Below are positions 21,265 through 31,125 of a DNA stretch of 64,000 bases, piece after piece. The notes under the pieces were generated by a model. It was not told the origin of the DNA and did not search any database. It saw only the letters and a list, made by a program, of their open reading frames with translations. Numbering within the stretch: position 1 is the stretch's first letter; each line of letters opens with the position of its first letter. This stretch comes from an uncultured Nitrosomonadales bacterium. GTDB taxonomy: Bacteria; Pseudomonadota; Gammaproteobacteria; Burkholderiales; Gallionellaceae. Position numbers and translations under genes: made by a program. The stretch spans positions 6,796 through 70,795 of the forward strand of contig CAIWRI010000110.1 in assembly GCA_903915035.1 (NCBI GenBank), in the 5' to 3' direction.

Positions 21265-24200
21265 CTAGCATTCATGGTTCTGGCTGACATTCAAGTGATT
21301 TTTTGCACGCAACCATTCAATTAACTGTCCTATAGGCATCGCCTTGGCGATGAACCAACCCTGCACCAGATCACATCCCAGGCCGCGCACCAGATCAAGG
21401 TCAGCCTGCGTTTCCACCCCTTCAGCTACGGTGGATAATTTAAGTTTGCGCGCCATCTCAATGGTAGAGGCAAGGATGGCTCGTGCTGATGATTTTCCCA
21501 CAGCTCCCTGCACAAAACTTCGATCAAGTTTCAACTGACTGAAGGGAATACGTTGCAATTGCTCCAGGGACGAATAGCCTGTGCCAAAATCATCAATGGA
21601 TAATTTAAATCCCTTTAGCCGCAATCTGGTCATGACATCCATGGCGGTAACCATGTCGGCCATGATGCCGGTTTCAGTAATTTCCAGAATCAGGTTTTCC
21701 GCCTTAAAACCGGTGGCATCAATGCTGGCCAGGATAAACTCTGGCAGACGAATATCCGATAGCCAGTTGGCCGAAAGATTGATAGCGACGTTCAGGTTAA
21801 AACCTGCCTCAATCAACCGGACGCCTCCGACCAATGACTTGGTTACCAGTGCTTCAGAGAGCAGCCCTATCAGATTGTGTTGCTCCGCTGTGGTGATAAA
21901 TACATCGGGAGGAATCGTCCTGCCATTGTGTTGCCAGCGTGCCAGGGATTCCACACCCACAACACGTAGCGTGGCAGCATCCACCTTGGGCTGAAAATGA
22001 ACCTCGAATTCGTTCTGATGTATACCCTGCAGAATCTCCTCCGGCGTAACCGTGATAATGACCCGTGGAGATCGGGGTGCGTTGTTCTGTTCGAAATCCA
22101 GCGTGAGCAGAGCAAGCAAGGTCTCTCTCATGACCGGTTTTTTCAGGATGCCGCGCAAGTTCATTCCCTTAGCGCGAACCACTTCGGCTGCAATCTGTAA
22201 CAACTGCTCCTCAACACCACTGACCAGAATAACGCCTTGTTGATAACCGCTATCAGCGAGGCGACGCAGAAACTCAATCCCATCCATGCCCGGCATGTTA
22301 AGGTCGCTGATAACCAGGTCGATATCGTCTTGCTGAGCGATGAGCAATAGTGCCTGCTCGGCATTGTCGATACTTTCAACTTCAGCAACGCCGAGCATGC
22401 CTAGCAGCATGCTGATTTGACGCCGCGCCACGGCATCATCATCTACAATGAGTACATGCCCGTACAGAGACACTTTCGTAGCGGATGGTATTTCCGGCTT
22501 ATTTAATTCCGGTGACGACATGATCAGCTGGCTTGCCGCCTCTTCAACATCGTGCAAGGCGTTTTCCAGCTCGCCATACAGAAATTTGGCATTTTTCATC
22601 TGCTCTGCTTTGGCAGCGTCTTCAAGCTTTTCAGCATGCGAAGCGAAGCGTAGTGCGCCAACCATGCGCGCCGATGATTTAAGCTTATGCATGATCAGCG
22701 CAAGTGGCCGTACATTTTTTTCGGTCAAATACAATCGGCAAGCGGGCAAATCGCCTCGCGCAGTGGCGGTAAACAGATCAATCAACTCGCGTATCTGCTT
22801 CGTGTCAATATTGCCAACAACGCGCCTCAGATAGTGTAGATCCAAGGTTGCCTCAGTTGTTTTTGTTAGCTTATCTTCTGTAGTTCTGACGACAGGTGAC
22901 GACTGCGGCAACCAGTGTTCCAGCATGCGTTGCAATTTATCCAGCTCAATGGGCTTAGACAACGCATCATCCATGCCGGCTTGCAAGCAGAGTGCAATAT
23001 CTTCAGGATCATTCAAGGCCGTAATGGCAATGACAGGAACATAAGCGCCGCTATCCTGCTCTGTGGCGCGAATGGCACGCGCAAGCGCAAGCCCCCCCAT
23101 ACCAGGCATGTTAAGATCCGTCAGGATCAGATCATGTCCGCCTAACTTCCATTTCGTCAATGCGACGGCACCATCGGCAGCGATGTCCGCCTCGTAACCC
23201 AGCACATCAAGCTGCATACTGAGAACAGCCTGATTGGCTGGATTATCTTCTGCCACCAGGATCAGTTTGCGTTCTCTGTTGTGCCGGATTGTCTCCATGG
23301 GCGATGTGGCGCAGGGTGGCTGCGAATCCGCAGACTCACCGGCATCAATCCGTTCGATCAAATTATCGATCAGATATGCGAATGCTCGTCCGTTTTCAAG
23401 AACCTCATGTACCTGCGCTTGTGCATCCTCATCCAGGCTGTCATTCAGCTGCAGAATCTGCGCATGCCCTAGCAACCCGTAGAGTGGTGTACGCATCTCG
23501 CTTTTCAAACTGAAAAGCATCTCTGATTTAGCGCTGTGCGCTCTATCAGCGGCCTCTCGCGCCTGTTGCACTTCACTAATGACTTTTTGCTGATAACTGC
23601 GTAAACGGATCGCTTCAAGCATGCTGGCATAAGTCGTCGTTATATTATGCAGGCTCTCTATGGTGTTTGCGTCATAGCCGTCTGAACGGTTGGCCAGCCC
23701 TGCCATACCTGTCATTAACTCGCCATGATAGATGGGAACACCGAGGAATGTCTTGAGTGGTGAATGCCCCACGGGCAATCCACCCTGCCTGGGATCGTTC
23801 GCCACATCGTTGGCAATGACGACTTTTCCGGTACTTAGCACCGCACCGAATAAGTTTTCCAGATTGCGAAACTCCGTCTCAACTTGTGTCTGGTCAAGCA
23901 GACATTGGCTGTCATCATCCCGTCGAATGCCGGAAAGTGCGTGAAACTTGAGATATGGCTTACCGTCATGATCAAACAACACTTCGCCTATGAAGCCGCA
24001 GGTGCTCTCCGTTCGCAGTAACATACCGTCCAGCAGCAAGCGACTGGCAGCGATAATATCCTGAGTAACGATAAATTTTTGCAGCGCGTGATTTAATAAT
24101 TCGAGCAGACGCACTTGCTGTTCCCGTTCATCCAGCACGATTTTCTGTACGGTAATGTCGGTTCGGATTGAAATGTACTGTTCAGGCCGGTTCTGTTCGT

Positions 24201-25602
24201 CGAGTATCGGTACGATTGTGTTCTGAACCCAATAAGTGGCCCCGTTTTTACCACGACTTTGCAATTCTCCCCGCCATATCCTGCCTGCGGTGATGGTCTG
24301 CCACATTTCGTCGAAAGTAGTACGCGGATGATGACCCGATTTGATAATACGATGATTCCGGCCAAGCAACTCATCGCGACGATAGCCGCTGATATCGCAG
24401 AATTTCGAATTAACATAAAGAATACTGCCATCCGACGATGTGACGGACATGAGAGCATGTGCGTCCAGCGCGCCCTTGAGATTTTGCAACTGTCTTCGGG
24501 TTTTGCGGCGCCAGGAATTGATCCTTTCGAATGTGCGGAACTGGCGCGTACGCGCCAGCACTGCGGTTACCAGCAGGCGTGGATCTACGGGCTTAACGAG
24601 GTAATCCTCACCGCCTGCATTGCGTGCATCGAGTTGGTGTTCAATATCCGCAAAGGCGGATAAATAAATCACCGGCAAATGGGCGTAGCGTTTATTCTGC
24701 CGGAGTAACGCAGCAAGGTCAGTACCTTGGCAGGCGTGCATTTCAACGCCCAGCAAACAAACCTCAGGCGCAAATTGTTCCAGAACATCTCGCGCCGCAA
24801 CAGGATCGTCAATAGCCATAACGTCGACCCCTGCTGCTCGAAGAATACCCGCATTCAAATTCAGCATTGAAATACTATCATCGACAAGCAGCACCCGATA
24901 GGGGACACGCGGACGCCAGGCCAGCCCGGAAAGTACTGAGATCAGGCGGGGAATATCTACTGGCGTGTCGAGAAATAAACGTACACCAGCCTGACGTATC
25001 TTCACTTGGGTGAGAAAATCCTCGGTATCAGCCAATGCAACCAGCATGGGTGAAGCCGGAAGCGTACCCGTGGCACGCTTCAATTGTTTATCGAGTTCCG
25101 TTATATTTTCGACAAACCAGCTAACCTTGGCCAGCAAAATGGCCTGACCGGAGTGGCAGTCCACAGCGATATCATTGATGCTATTCGCACGTTCAACAAC
25201 AAAGCCAAGCGATTCGAGTGCCTCGGCAAGATGTTCTATATCCTCTTGAATATTTCCTGCGAATACAAACCGCCAGCCCTCGGGATGCTCAGGCAGACTA
25301 CTCAGGTCGATTTCTGCTGCCATACGGCCATTTTTCAATAGTTCAGTCAGACAAGCGGCCGTTTGTAGCGCCTGATGAAGCTCTTCATTTCCGGGTGCTT
25401 CACGGATGAATTCCTCAAGTAAGCCGGCGAGTTCTACTGAGCGACCGGCGGCTTCCTGCCATTGAATCTGCGTGCATTTTTCACCAAGTTGTTTCAGCAT
25501 ATATAACAAGCGCAAACCGCGTATGCGATCCCAGCCGTCACCGGCCAGACTGGCCGTCAAATCATGAATATCCTGCGCAATTTCCCGGAAGTTAACTGTC
25601 AT
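21265..25602 (-). CDS. 1445-aa multidomain phosphorelay / c-di-GMP phosphodiesterase protein
   Basis: Domains read from the translation, N- to C-terminal:
- REC-like domain (VLLVDDS ... LLGVEMHACQG)
- PAS domain (SVTSSDGSILYVNSKFCDISGY)
- GAF-like region
- DHp-like helix lacking its His (FSLKSEMRTPL) with no ATPase domain after it
- REC (LVAEDNP ... LTDLNMPGMGG)
- Hpt (MHKLKSSARMVGA)
- REC (LIVDDD ... ISDLNMPGMDG)
- EAL (LEITETG, DDFGTGYSSL, AEGVETQ). Confidence 0.85.
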   Translation of the reverse strand: MTVNFREIAQDIHDLTASLAGDGWDRIRGLRLLYMLKQLGEKCTQIQWQEAAGRSVELAGLLEEFIREAPGNEELHQALQTAACLTELLKNGRMAAEIDLSSLPEHPEGWRFVFAGNIQEDIEHLAEALESLGFVVERANSINDIAVDCHSGQAILLAKVSWFVENITELDKQLKRATGTLPASPMLVALADTEDFLTQVKIRQAGVRLFLDTPVDIPRLISVLSGLAWRPRVPYRVLLVDDSISMLNLNAGILRAAGVDVMAIDDPVAARDVLEQFAPEVCLLGVEMHACQGTDLAALLRQNKRYAHLPVIYLSAFADIEHQLDARNAGGEDYLVKPVDPRLLVTAVLARTRQFRTFERINSWRRKTRRQLQNLKGALDAHALMSVTSSDGSILYVNSKFCDISGYRRDELLGRNHRIIKSGHHPRTTFDEMWQTITAGRIWRGELQSRGKNGATYWVQNTIVPILDEQNRPEQYISIRTDITVQKIVLDEREQQVRLLELLNHALQKFIVTQDIIAASRLLLDGMLLRTESTCGFIGEVLFDHDGKPYLKFHALSGIRRDDDSQCLLDQTQVETEFRNLENLFGAVLSTGKVVIANDVANDPRQGGLPVGHSPLKTFLGVPIYHGELMTGMAGLANRSDGYDANTIESLHNITTTYASMLEAIRLRSYQQKVISEVQQAREAADRAHSAKSEMLFSLKSEMRTPLYGLLGHAQILQLNDSLDEDAQAQVHEVLENGRAFAYLIDNLIERIDAGESADSQPPCATSPMETIRHNRERKLILVAEDNPANQAVLSMQLDVLGYEADIAADGAVALTKWKLGGHDLILTDLNMPGMGGLALARAIRATEQDSGAYVPVIAITALNDPEDIALCLQAGMDDALSKPIELDKLQRMLEHWLPQSSPVVRTTEDKLTKTTEATLDLHYLRRVVGNIDTKQIRELIDLFTATARGDLPACRLYLTEKNVRPLALIMHKLKSSARMVGALRFASHAEKLEDAAKAEQMKNAKFLYGELENALHDVEEAASQLIMSSPELNKPEIPSATKVSLYGHVLIVDDDAVARRQISMLLGMLGVAEVESIDNAEQALLLIAQQDDIDLVISDLNMPGMDGIEFLRRLADSGYQQGVILVSGVEEQLLQIAAEVVRAKGMNLRGILKKPVMRETLLALLTLDFEQNNAPRSPRVIITVTPEEILQGIHQNEFEVHFQPKVDAATLRVVGVESLARWQHNGRTIPPDVFITTAEQHNLIGLLSEALVTKSLVGGVRLIEAGFNLNVAINLSANWLSDIRLPEFILASIDATGFKAENLILEITETGIMADMVTAMDVMTRLRLKGFKLSIDDFGTGYSSLEQLQRIPFSQLKLDRSFVQGAVGKSSARAILASTIEMARKLKLSTVAEGVETQADLDLVRGLGCDLVQGWFIAKAMPIGQLIEWLRAKNHLNVSQNHEC

Positions 25603-26201
25603 ACTGCCACTGTTTTATGGGACATATATTCGATTAGTGGCCTCAACGCGGCGAAAGGTATGGGTTTCGGGTAGACGGGAGTGCCCGGCGGCAGTCCGCC
25701 TTGTGCCTTGATTTCATCCGGTGAAAGTGCCGTGACGACAATGATGGTTGCGCGCACAGCAGCAGAATCCGATTTCAGGCGGCGTATCATGCTAAAACCA
25801 TCCATGTTCGGCATCGCAAGATCAGTGATGATCAGATCAGGCTCCTGACGACCTATCATTAGCAGACCGACAAATCCATCCTCGGCCATTAACATCTCAA
25901 TGGGCAACGCCCATTCTGCAAATTGAAGCCGGTAAAGTTCACGCTGGACGGGATCATCTTCCACCACCAGCACCTTGAATAATTCCGGGTCAACCGGCGT
26001 GCCGAGCACAGCCAGTTGCTTCAAGCGGATAGTTTCAACCGCATCAACCGGGATACGCCGGTGACCGCCCACCGTTTTCCACGCGGGCAAAATACCTGTT
26101 TCGACCCAAACTTGTACTGTCGACAATGCCACTCCCAGCTTCACTGCCGCTTGACGAGTGGACAGGAAGCTTTTTGTCGCCATTTTGCTAGGGTCGTTCA
26201 C
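25599..26201 (-). CDS. Response regulator: excisionase/MerR-type HTH plus receiver domain
   Basis: The GTG at 26201 lies 8 nt after AAGGAG. The HTH segment is LSTRQAAVKLGVALSTVQVWVETGILPAWKTVGGHRRI. The REC domain reads VLVVEDDP ... ITDLAMPNMDG ... YPKP. The stop overlaps the downstream start (ATGA at 25599-25602). Confidence 0.8.
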   Translation of the reverse strand: MNDPSKMATKSFLSTRQAAVKLGVALSTVQVWVETGILPAWKTVGGHRRIPVDAVETIRLKQLAVLGTPVDPELFKVLVVEDDPVQRELYRLQFAEWALPIEMLMAEDGFVGLLMIGRQEPDLIITDLAMPNMDGFSMIRRLKSDSAAVRATIIVVTALSPDEIKAQGGLPPGTPVYPKPIPFAALRPLIEYMSHKTVAV

Positions 26202-26523
26202 GGATAATCTCCTTTTGGTTGACAAACTAATTTCTGATAAAGTCATTATTTTAATCTTGTCACGGGAAAATAATTTTGCCGAAATAGCAGCCCGGTTTAG
26301 ACAGGCGGGCTGAAGACTTCAGGGGCTAACCGTATAATTCAGATCCATCTGCCTGTTGCCAGCCATTAACAGCCCGGCTTCCTGTCATTTAGCATTCAGA
26401 CATTCACGCGCATAAAAACCCCAAAGGATACGAATGTAATCATTTGCTGTATTATACTTACTTTCATCATTTTTTATACTCGTCTATACTGGCTCACCGT
26501 GAATAGCTTAAAGGATAGTTGTT

Positions 26524-27840
26524 ATGGTTCTGGATTTTGACAATGTGCCGCCTTTTCCGGGAATCGAAGCCGCAGGCGATATTCTACAAACATCAGATGC
26601 CAGCACGTCAGTTCCCGGTATGAAACAGACGTTGAATTTAATTGGCAATTTGCTGCAAACTTTATGTATTGCCGCCCCCCTGCTCGTTAGCAGCCTTTCT
26701 CCTGCCTGGGCTGATGAGGAGAGTGACGCGCTGACATTGCATTATTTTGGCACCATCGGGCTAGCTCGTGCGACTTCGGAGCACATCCAGTACGTAAGCG
26801 ATCTCTCCCAGCCGAATGGCAGCTCCGCTGGAAATTGGTCTGCCAAGCCGGATAGTGTTTTGGGCATGCAGGCCAACTATGCTTTTTCAGACCAGACCGA
26901 AGTCGTTACGCAGATTGTCAGCCGCTACCGTTACAATGGAACCTATCGGCCTGAAGTCATGTGGGCATATGCCCATTTCACCGCGGAAAACGGCACGGAA
27001 TTTCGTGTCGGTCGATTAGGCACGGACTTCTATATGCTGGCTGATTCCCGGCTTATTGGTTACACGAATCTCACCATAAGCCCTTCACTGGATTTTTTCG
27101 GCCAACTACCGCTTTTTCATATTGATGGTGCCGATCTTTCAAAGACAATACAGGCAGGTAATGGCTTGCTGACAGGCAAGGTGTTCGCCGGCTATACAGG
27201 CGAAAAAGTTCCTTTCGGGGACGCAAACTGGAATTTGGGCGACTCTCCCATGTTGGGCGCAAATATAGATTACCATCAGGATGACTGGTCATATCGCTTG
27301 GGGTATGCGCAAATGCGCATGAAACATGATTGGCCCGTATCTGATCAATTGACAGCACTGGGTTTTCCAGCAGTAATTGTCGAAGAATTATCCATGAACA
27401 ACAAGACCTCACGCTATTACTCGGCAGGGCTGATTTATGATCATGGTCCCATTCAACTTCAATGGATGGCGAATAAGGTTGTTCAGGAGAGTTTAGGCTA
27501 CCAGAATTATTATTCCTCTTATGTACTGGCAGGGTACAGTATGGGCAATTTAACCCCTTTTGCTGGTGTATCCCGAAGTTACACGCCATCCAAGCAACTC
27601 AACCTGGGTCCGGATAATCCGTTTCAGGCCGGGGTAGATCATGTGCTCGATATTTCTCATACCAACCAGACCACATGGACCATGGGTATGCGTTGGAACT
27701 TCCGGCGCAACATGGATGTCAAGGCGCAACTGGACTGCATCCGCGGCAAAAGCGATTCGACTTTTTTATTCCGCGGGAATACGCTCGGATGGAACGGCAG
27801 TACGGATGTTTTTAGCCTGGCTATGGATTTTGCATTCTAA
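26524..27840 (+). CDS. Predicted outer-membrane beta-barrel (porin-like) protein
   Basis: It ends in a C-terminal aromatic (MDFAF) and has alternating-polarity strands. The signal peptide (LCIAAPLLVSSLSPAWA) begins only at the internal Met at 26620. The ATG at 26524 has AAGGA upstream. The true start is ambiguous between 26524 and 26620. Confidence 0.6.
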   Translation: MVLDFDNVPPFPGIEAAGDILQTSDASTSVPGMKQTLNLIGNLLQTLCIAAPLLVSSLSPAWADEESDALTLHYFGTIGLARATSEHIQYVSDLSQPNGSSAGNWSAKPDSVLGMQANYAFSDQTEVVTQIVSRYRYNGTYRPEVMWAYAHFTAENGTEFRVGRLGTDFYMLADSRLIGYTNLTISPSLDFFGQLPLFHIDGADLSKTIQAGNGLLTGKVFAGYTGEKVPFGDANWNLGDSPMLGANIDYHQDDWSYRLGYAQMRMKHDWPVSDQLTALGFPAVIVEELSMNNKTSRYYSAGLIYDHGPIQLQWMANKVVQESLGYQNYYSSYVLAGYSMGNLTPFAGVSRSYTPSKQLNLGPDNPFQAGVDHVLDISHTNQTTWTMGMRWNFRRNMDVKAQLDCIRGKSDSTFLFRGNTLGWNGSTDVFSLAMDFAF

Positions 27841-27842
27841 AG

Positions 27843-28283
27843 ATGAAGTCGAACCGGCTCACACGAATTATCCGCTGCACGCTGCTTCTGGCGCTAATGA
27901 TATCAGCACCGGTTAACGCCGATGTAGTGGTCATTGTCTCTGCAAATTGTGACGCCACAGCGCTCAGCCGGCGCGAAATCATCAACATTTTCATGGGCCG
28001 TTATCGTTTCCTGCCTTCCGGACATGCGGCCAAACCCTATGATCTTCCCACGACAGACCCTCGAAAGGCTCAGTTCTACCTTGCTCTCACCGGCAAAAAT
28101 ATATCCGATATTGATGCCTATTGGGCACGCCTGGTACTGACAGGAAATGCCTCTCCACCCGATGAAGCGTCCAGCCAGGAGGCAATGCTGGATAAAATTG
28201 CGCGCAACCCCTGGTCCATCGGTTACCTTGATCGCTCAATAATTGACAATCGCGTCCGGGTCATCTTTGACCCGGAACACTGA
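27843..28283 (+). CDS. Small periplasmic PstS/PBP-like protein
   Basis: Signal peptide LLLALMISAPVNA. The VVVIVSANCDATALSRREIINIFMG ... PWSIGYLD pattern resembles one lobe of phosphate-binding-protein-like domains. It starts 3 nt after the upstream stop. Confidence 0.6.
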   Translation: MKSNRLTRIIRCTLLLALMISAPVNADVVVIVSANCDATALSRREIINIFMGRYRFLPSGHAAKPYDLPTTDPRKAQFYLALTGKNISDIDAYWARLVLTGNASPPDEASSQEAMLDKIARNPWSIGYLDRSIIDNRVRVIFDPEH

Positions 28284-28292
28284 GGCCATCCC

Positions 28293-30572
28293 ATGTTCGG
28301 TCAATGGAGTCAAAGCATTCTGGTGCGCACCACACTGGTCATCCTGGGAGCTGTCGGACTGGCCGGTCTGATCTTTATATTTTTAGCTGCCGGAGTGACC
28401 GCCAGCGATTCAGAAGATCGCGCAAAGATTCATTTATCGCAACTACTCGATACCGTAGAAAGCTCTGTACGAGCGGCCTGCTATGTCAATGACCGGGCTC
28501 TTGCCAGAGAAATTGCCGTAGGCTTGCTGAAAAACAATGATGTACTCAGTGTAAAAATTCTCGCCAGTAATCTTGTACTGGCGCAAGAGACACATCCCGG
28601 CCTTAACACCCGTCAGGTAAATCGCGAGTCCGCCCGGGGTATACCGATCCACAGGAAAATAATCTCGCCCTTTGACAACACAGAAATTGTAGGCGAAATC
28701 ATTGTTACCCCCAACCGGATTGAAATTGAAAGCCAGTCAAGTCAAAGTGTCTGGTTTATCGTCATGCTCCTTGGTAGTCAATTGCTGGTCATTGCCGCAA
28801 TTGTATTGCCCAGCGTGCTATATCTGGTTTCACGCCCCATCAAAAAACTATCCGATACCCTGCATGAACTGGATCCTGCCAGTGGCGATTTATTGTTGCC
28901 GCCTACGGGTCATGAGCACGACGAAATCGGTCGCTTGGTGAGTGACATCAACGCATTGACGGGACGATTTTTAGGCTCCCTTCATCACGAGCAGGCCGCG
29001 CGTGAAACGATTGAAAATACAGAACAGGCCCTGACCGAAAGTGAACTGCGCTATCGCACCATTTTTGAAAGTGCGGGCGATGCAATCTTCCTTATACGCG
29101 ATAATATTTACATTGATTGCAACGATAGTACGCTGGAACTATACGGATGCCAGCGCAGCGACATTATAGGCTGTACTCCCTACAGATATTCACCTGAATA
29201 TCAACCGGACGGTAGCTTGTCGTCGAAGCTTGCCGAAGAAAAGGCAAATGCGGCTTCCGCCGGAGAAACACAATTGTTCGACTGGGAACATTGCAGGCTT
29301 GATGGCACGTGCTTTTCCGCAGAAGTCAGACTCAAGCTCATCAAATTACATCAAGGCACCTACCTTCAAGCTATCGTACGCGACATTACAACGCGCAAAA
29401 ACACCGAACGAATGCTGGCAAATGCCAAGGAAGAAGCAGAAAAAACAACTCAGGCCAAAAGTGCCTTTCTTGCCAGCATGAGTCACGAGTTACGCACCCC
29501 GCTCAACGCCATCATAGGTTTTGCACAGATGCTGGACATGGGCATACCCGTGCCGCTCGCGCTTTCGCAAAAACAACCTGTCAGACATATCCTCAGCAGC
29601 GGCCGTCACCTGCTCGGTCTGATCAACGAAGTACTGGATCTGACCCGCATCGAAGCTGGCAGGATGGATATCTCGGCCTCAACCGTGGCAGTCACTCCGT
29701 TAATTGAAAATATCATTGCACTGGTCCAACCCGGTGCCGCAGAACGACGGATTAACATTCAATATTCCAGCCACTCGGAAGCGAAAATCTGCGCTGACCC
29801 CGTGCGCGTTCGACAGATACTGCTCAATTTGCTGTCCAATGCCATCAAATACAATCGTGATGATGGCCTGGTTCTGGTCTCCTGCCAGGAGAAAAATAAT
29901 GTCGTTAACATCAGCATTAGCGATACGGGCTCAGGTATCCCAAAGCAGCAGCACGTGCTGCTATTCCAGCCATTCCAGCGGCTTGGTGCTGAATATAGCA
30001 TTACCGAAGGCACTGGTATCGGTTTGGTTATTTGCAAGAAGCTTACCGAAGCGATGAATGGCCGTATCGGCTTCGAGAGCAAGGAGGGCATTGGCAGTCG
30101 ATTCTGGGTGGAATTACCCGCCGCCACCGCATCCCACATAAATGTAGCGCCTGAAATACGGACAGTTGATGCGCCGAAAAATAGTCAGGTTCATGGTATT
30201 GTACTTTATGTGGAAGATTCACCCGTCAATGCTTCTGTCATGGAACATATCTTCAGTCACTTAACGGAAGTTCAATTAATAATCGCTGCAACAGCCGAGG
30301 CGGGGCTGGATATCATTCATGCGAATCCGCCTGATCTTGTGTTGATGGATATCAACCTGCCGGGGATGAACGGTCTCGATGCCTTGCTTGTAATCAAATC
30401 CGATCCGTACACGGCCTCCATTCCTGTCATTGCCGTCAGCGCTGCGGCGCTACCGCAAGACGTAAAGAGAGGTCTCGAAGCCGGCTTCAGCGCCTATTTA
30501 ACTAAACCGTTTGAGGTGACGGAGTTAATTACGATGGTAGCAAAAATACTGGGCAACGACCGGCGCAGGTAA
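28293..30572 (+). CDS. Hybrid sensor histidine kinase (TM-periplasmic-TM-HAMP-PAS-HisKA-HATPase-REC), no Hpt domain
   Basis: H-box SMSHELRTPLNAIIGFAQML, N-box LLSNAIKYN, G-boxes DTGSGI and GTGIGL, and a receiver domain (LYVEDSP ... LMDINLPGMNG ... LTKP). Confidence 0.9.
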   Translation: MFGQWSQSILVRTTLVILGAVGLAGLIFIFLAAGVTASDSEDRAKIHLSQLLDTVESSVRAACYVNDRALAREIAVGLLKNNDVLSVKILASNLVLAQETHPGLNTRQVNRESARGIPIHRKIISPFDNTEIVGEIIVTPNRIEIESQSSQSVWFIVMLLGSQLLVIAAIVLPSVLYLVSRPIKKLSDTLHELDPASGDLLLPPTGHEHDEIGRLVSDINALTGRFLGSLHHEQAARETIENTEQALTESELRYRTIFESAGDAIFLIRDNIYIDCNDSTLELYGCQRSDIIGCTPYRYSPEYQPDGSLSSKLAEEKANAASAGETQLFDWEHCRLDGTCFSAEVRLKLIKLHQGTYLQAIVRDITTRKNTERMLANAKEEAEKTTQAKSAFLASMSHELRTPLNAIIGFAQMLDMGIPVPLALSQKQPVRHILSSGRHLLGLINEVLDLTRIEAGRMDISASTVAVTPLIENIIALVQPGAAERRINIQYSSHSEAKICADPVRVRQILLNLLSNAIKYNRDDGLVLVSCQEKNNVVNISISDTGSGIPKQQHVLLFQPFQRLGAEYSITEGTGIGLVICKKLTEAMNGRIGFESKEGIGSRFWVELPAATASHINVAPEIRTVDAPKNSQVHGIVLYVEDSPVNASVMEHIFSHLTEVQLIIAATAEAGLDIIHANPPDLVLMDINLPGMNGLDALLVIKSDPYTASIPVIAVSAAALPQDVKRGLEAGFSAYLTKPFEVTELITMVAKILGNDRRR

Positions 30573-30927
30573 AATCCTTCTCAACAGGTTAAAAACCACT
30601 GAAAGTATCTGTTTATACCCGCGGGATAATTATCATCGAAGCGCGGAAATGATGGCTTGAAAATCCAGCCATCAGTAATGAAAACCCTCATGCTCAGCCG
30701 CGTTTTCAAACCCTCTCAATGAATTATTTTAATCCGCATGAGATGGTCATGTCAGATAATCTAATCAAAATCAACCTGTTATAAACTATCAGCCCGCCTG
30801 CTACAAGATAATCCCTAGATAAAATAAGATTTGTCCAATAGCACAGACAAAGATTATCTGATTTAATGCTTCCGGAATGATTATCTTTTTCGATTGAAGC
30901 CCGGGCAGACTGAAATGTATCGACGCA

Positions 30928-30957
30928 AATTCTCCGTCCGAAAATTCTCCGTCCGAA
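30928..30957. repeat. Perfect tandem duplication of a 15-bp unit (AATTCTCCGTCCGAA x2)
   Basis: Read directly from the sequence. It lies in the 553-bp AT-rich intergenic region upstream of the kinase gene at 31126. Confidence 0.7.
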
Positions 30958-31125
30958 AAAAAGCTATTCATGTGACTATGATGATGAAATTCATCACGGC
31001 ACAGACTATTGCCTTACTTGACAGATTAGTTGTATTCCACTTGAAAGGAATAAGCGACTGAAGCGTAGCGCAGATATTGGTAGTTATAAGTAGAATTAAT
31101 CAGCTTTAAATTTCTATCTTTCAGC

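Noticed and set aside
21251-21280. A 10-bp hairpin (GGACCATGAA ... TTCATGGTTC) between the convergent kup gene and the 1445-aa gene might be a terminator.
   Set aside because: No U tract lies on either side, and the stop codon of the minus-strand gene sits in the loop. It may still affect 3' end stability, but I cannot call it an intrinsic terminator.
30928-30957. The tandem 15-mer might be a CRISPR or minisatellite array.
   Set aside because: There are only two units, no spacers, and no cas genes anywhere in the window.
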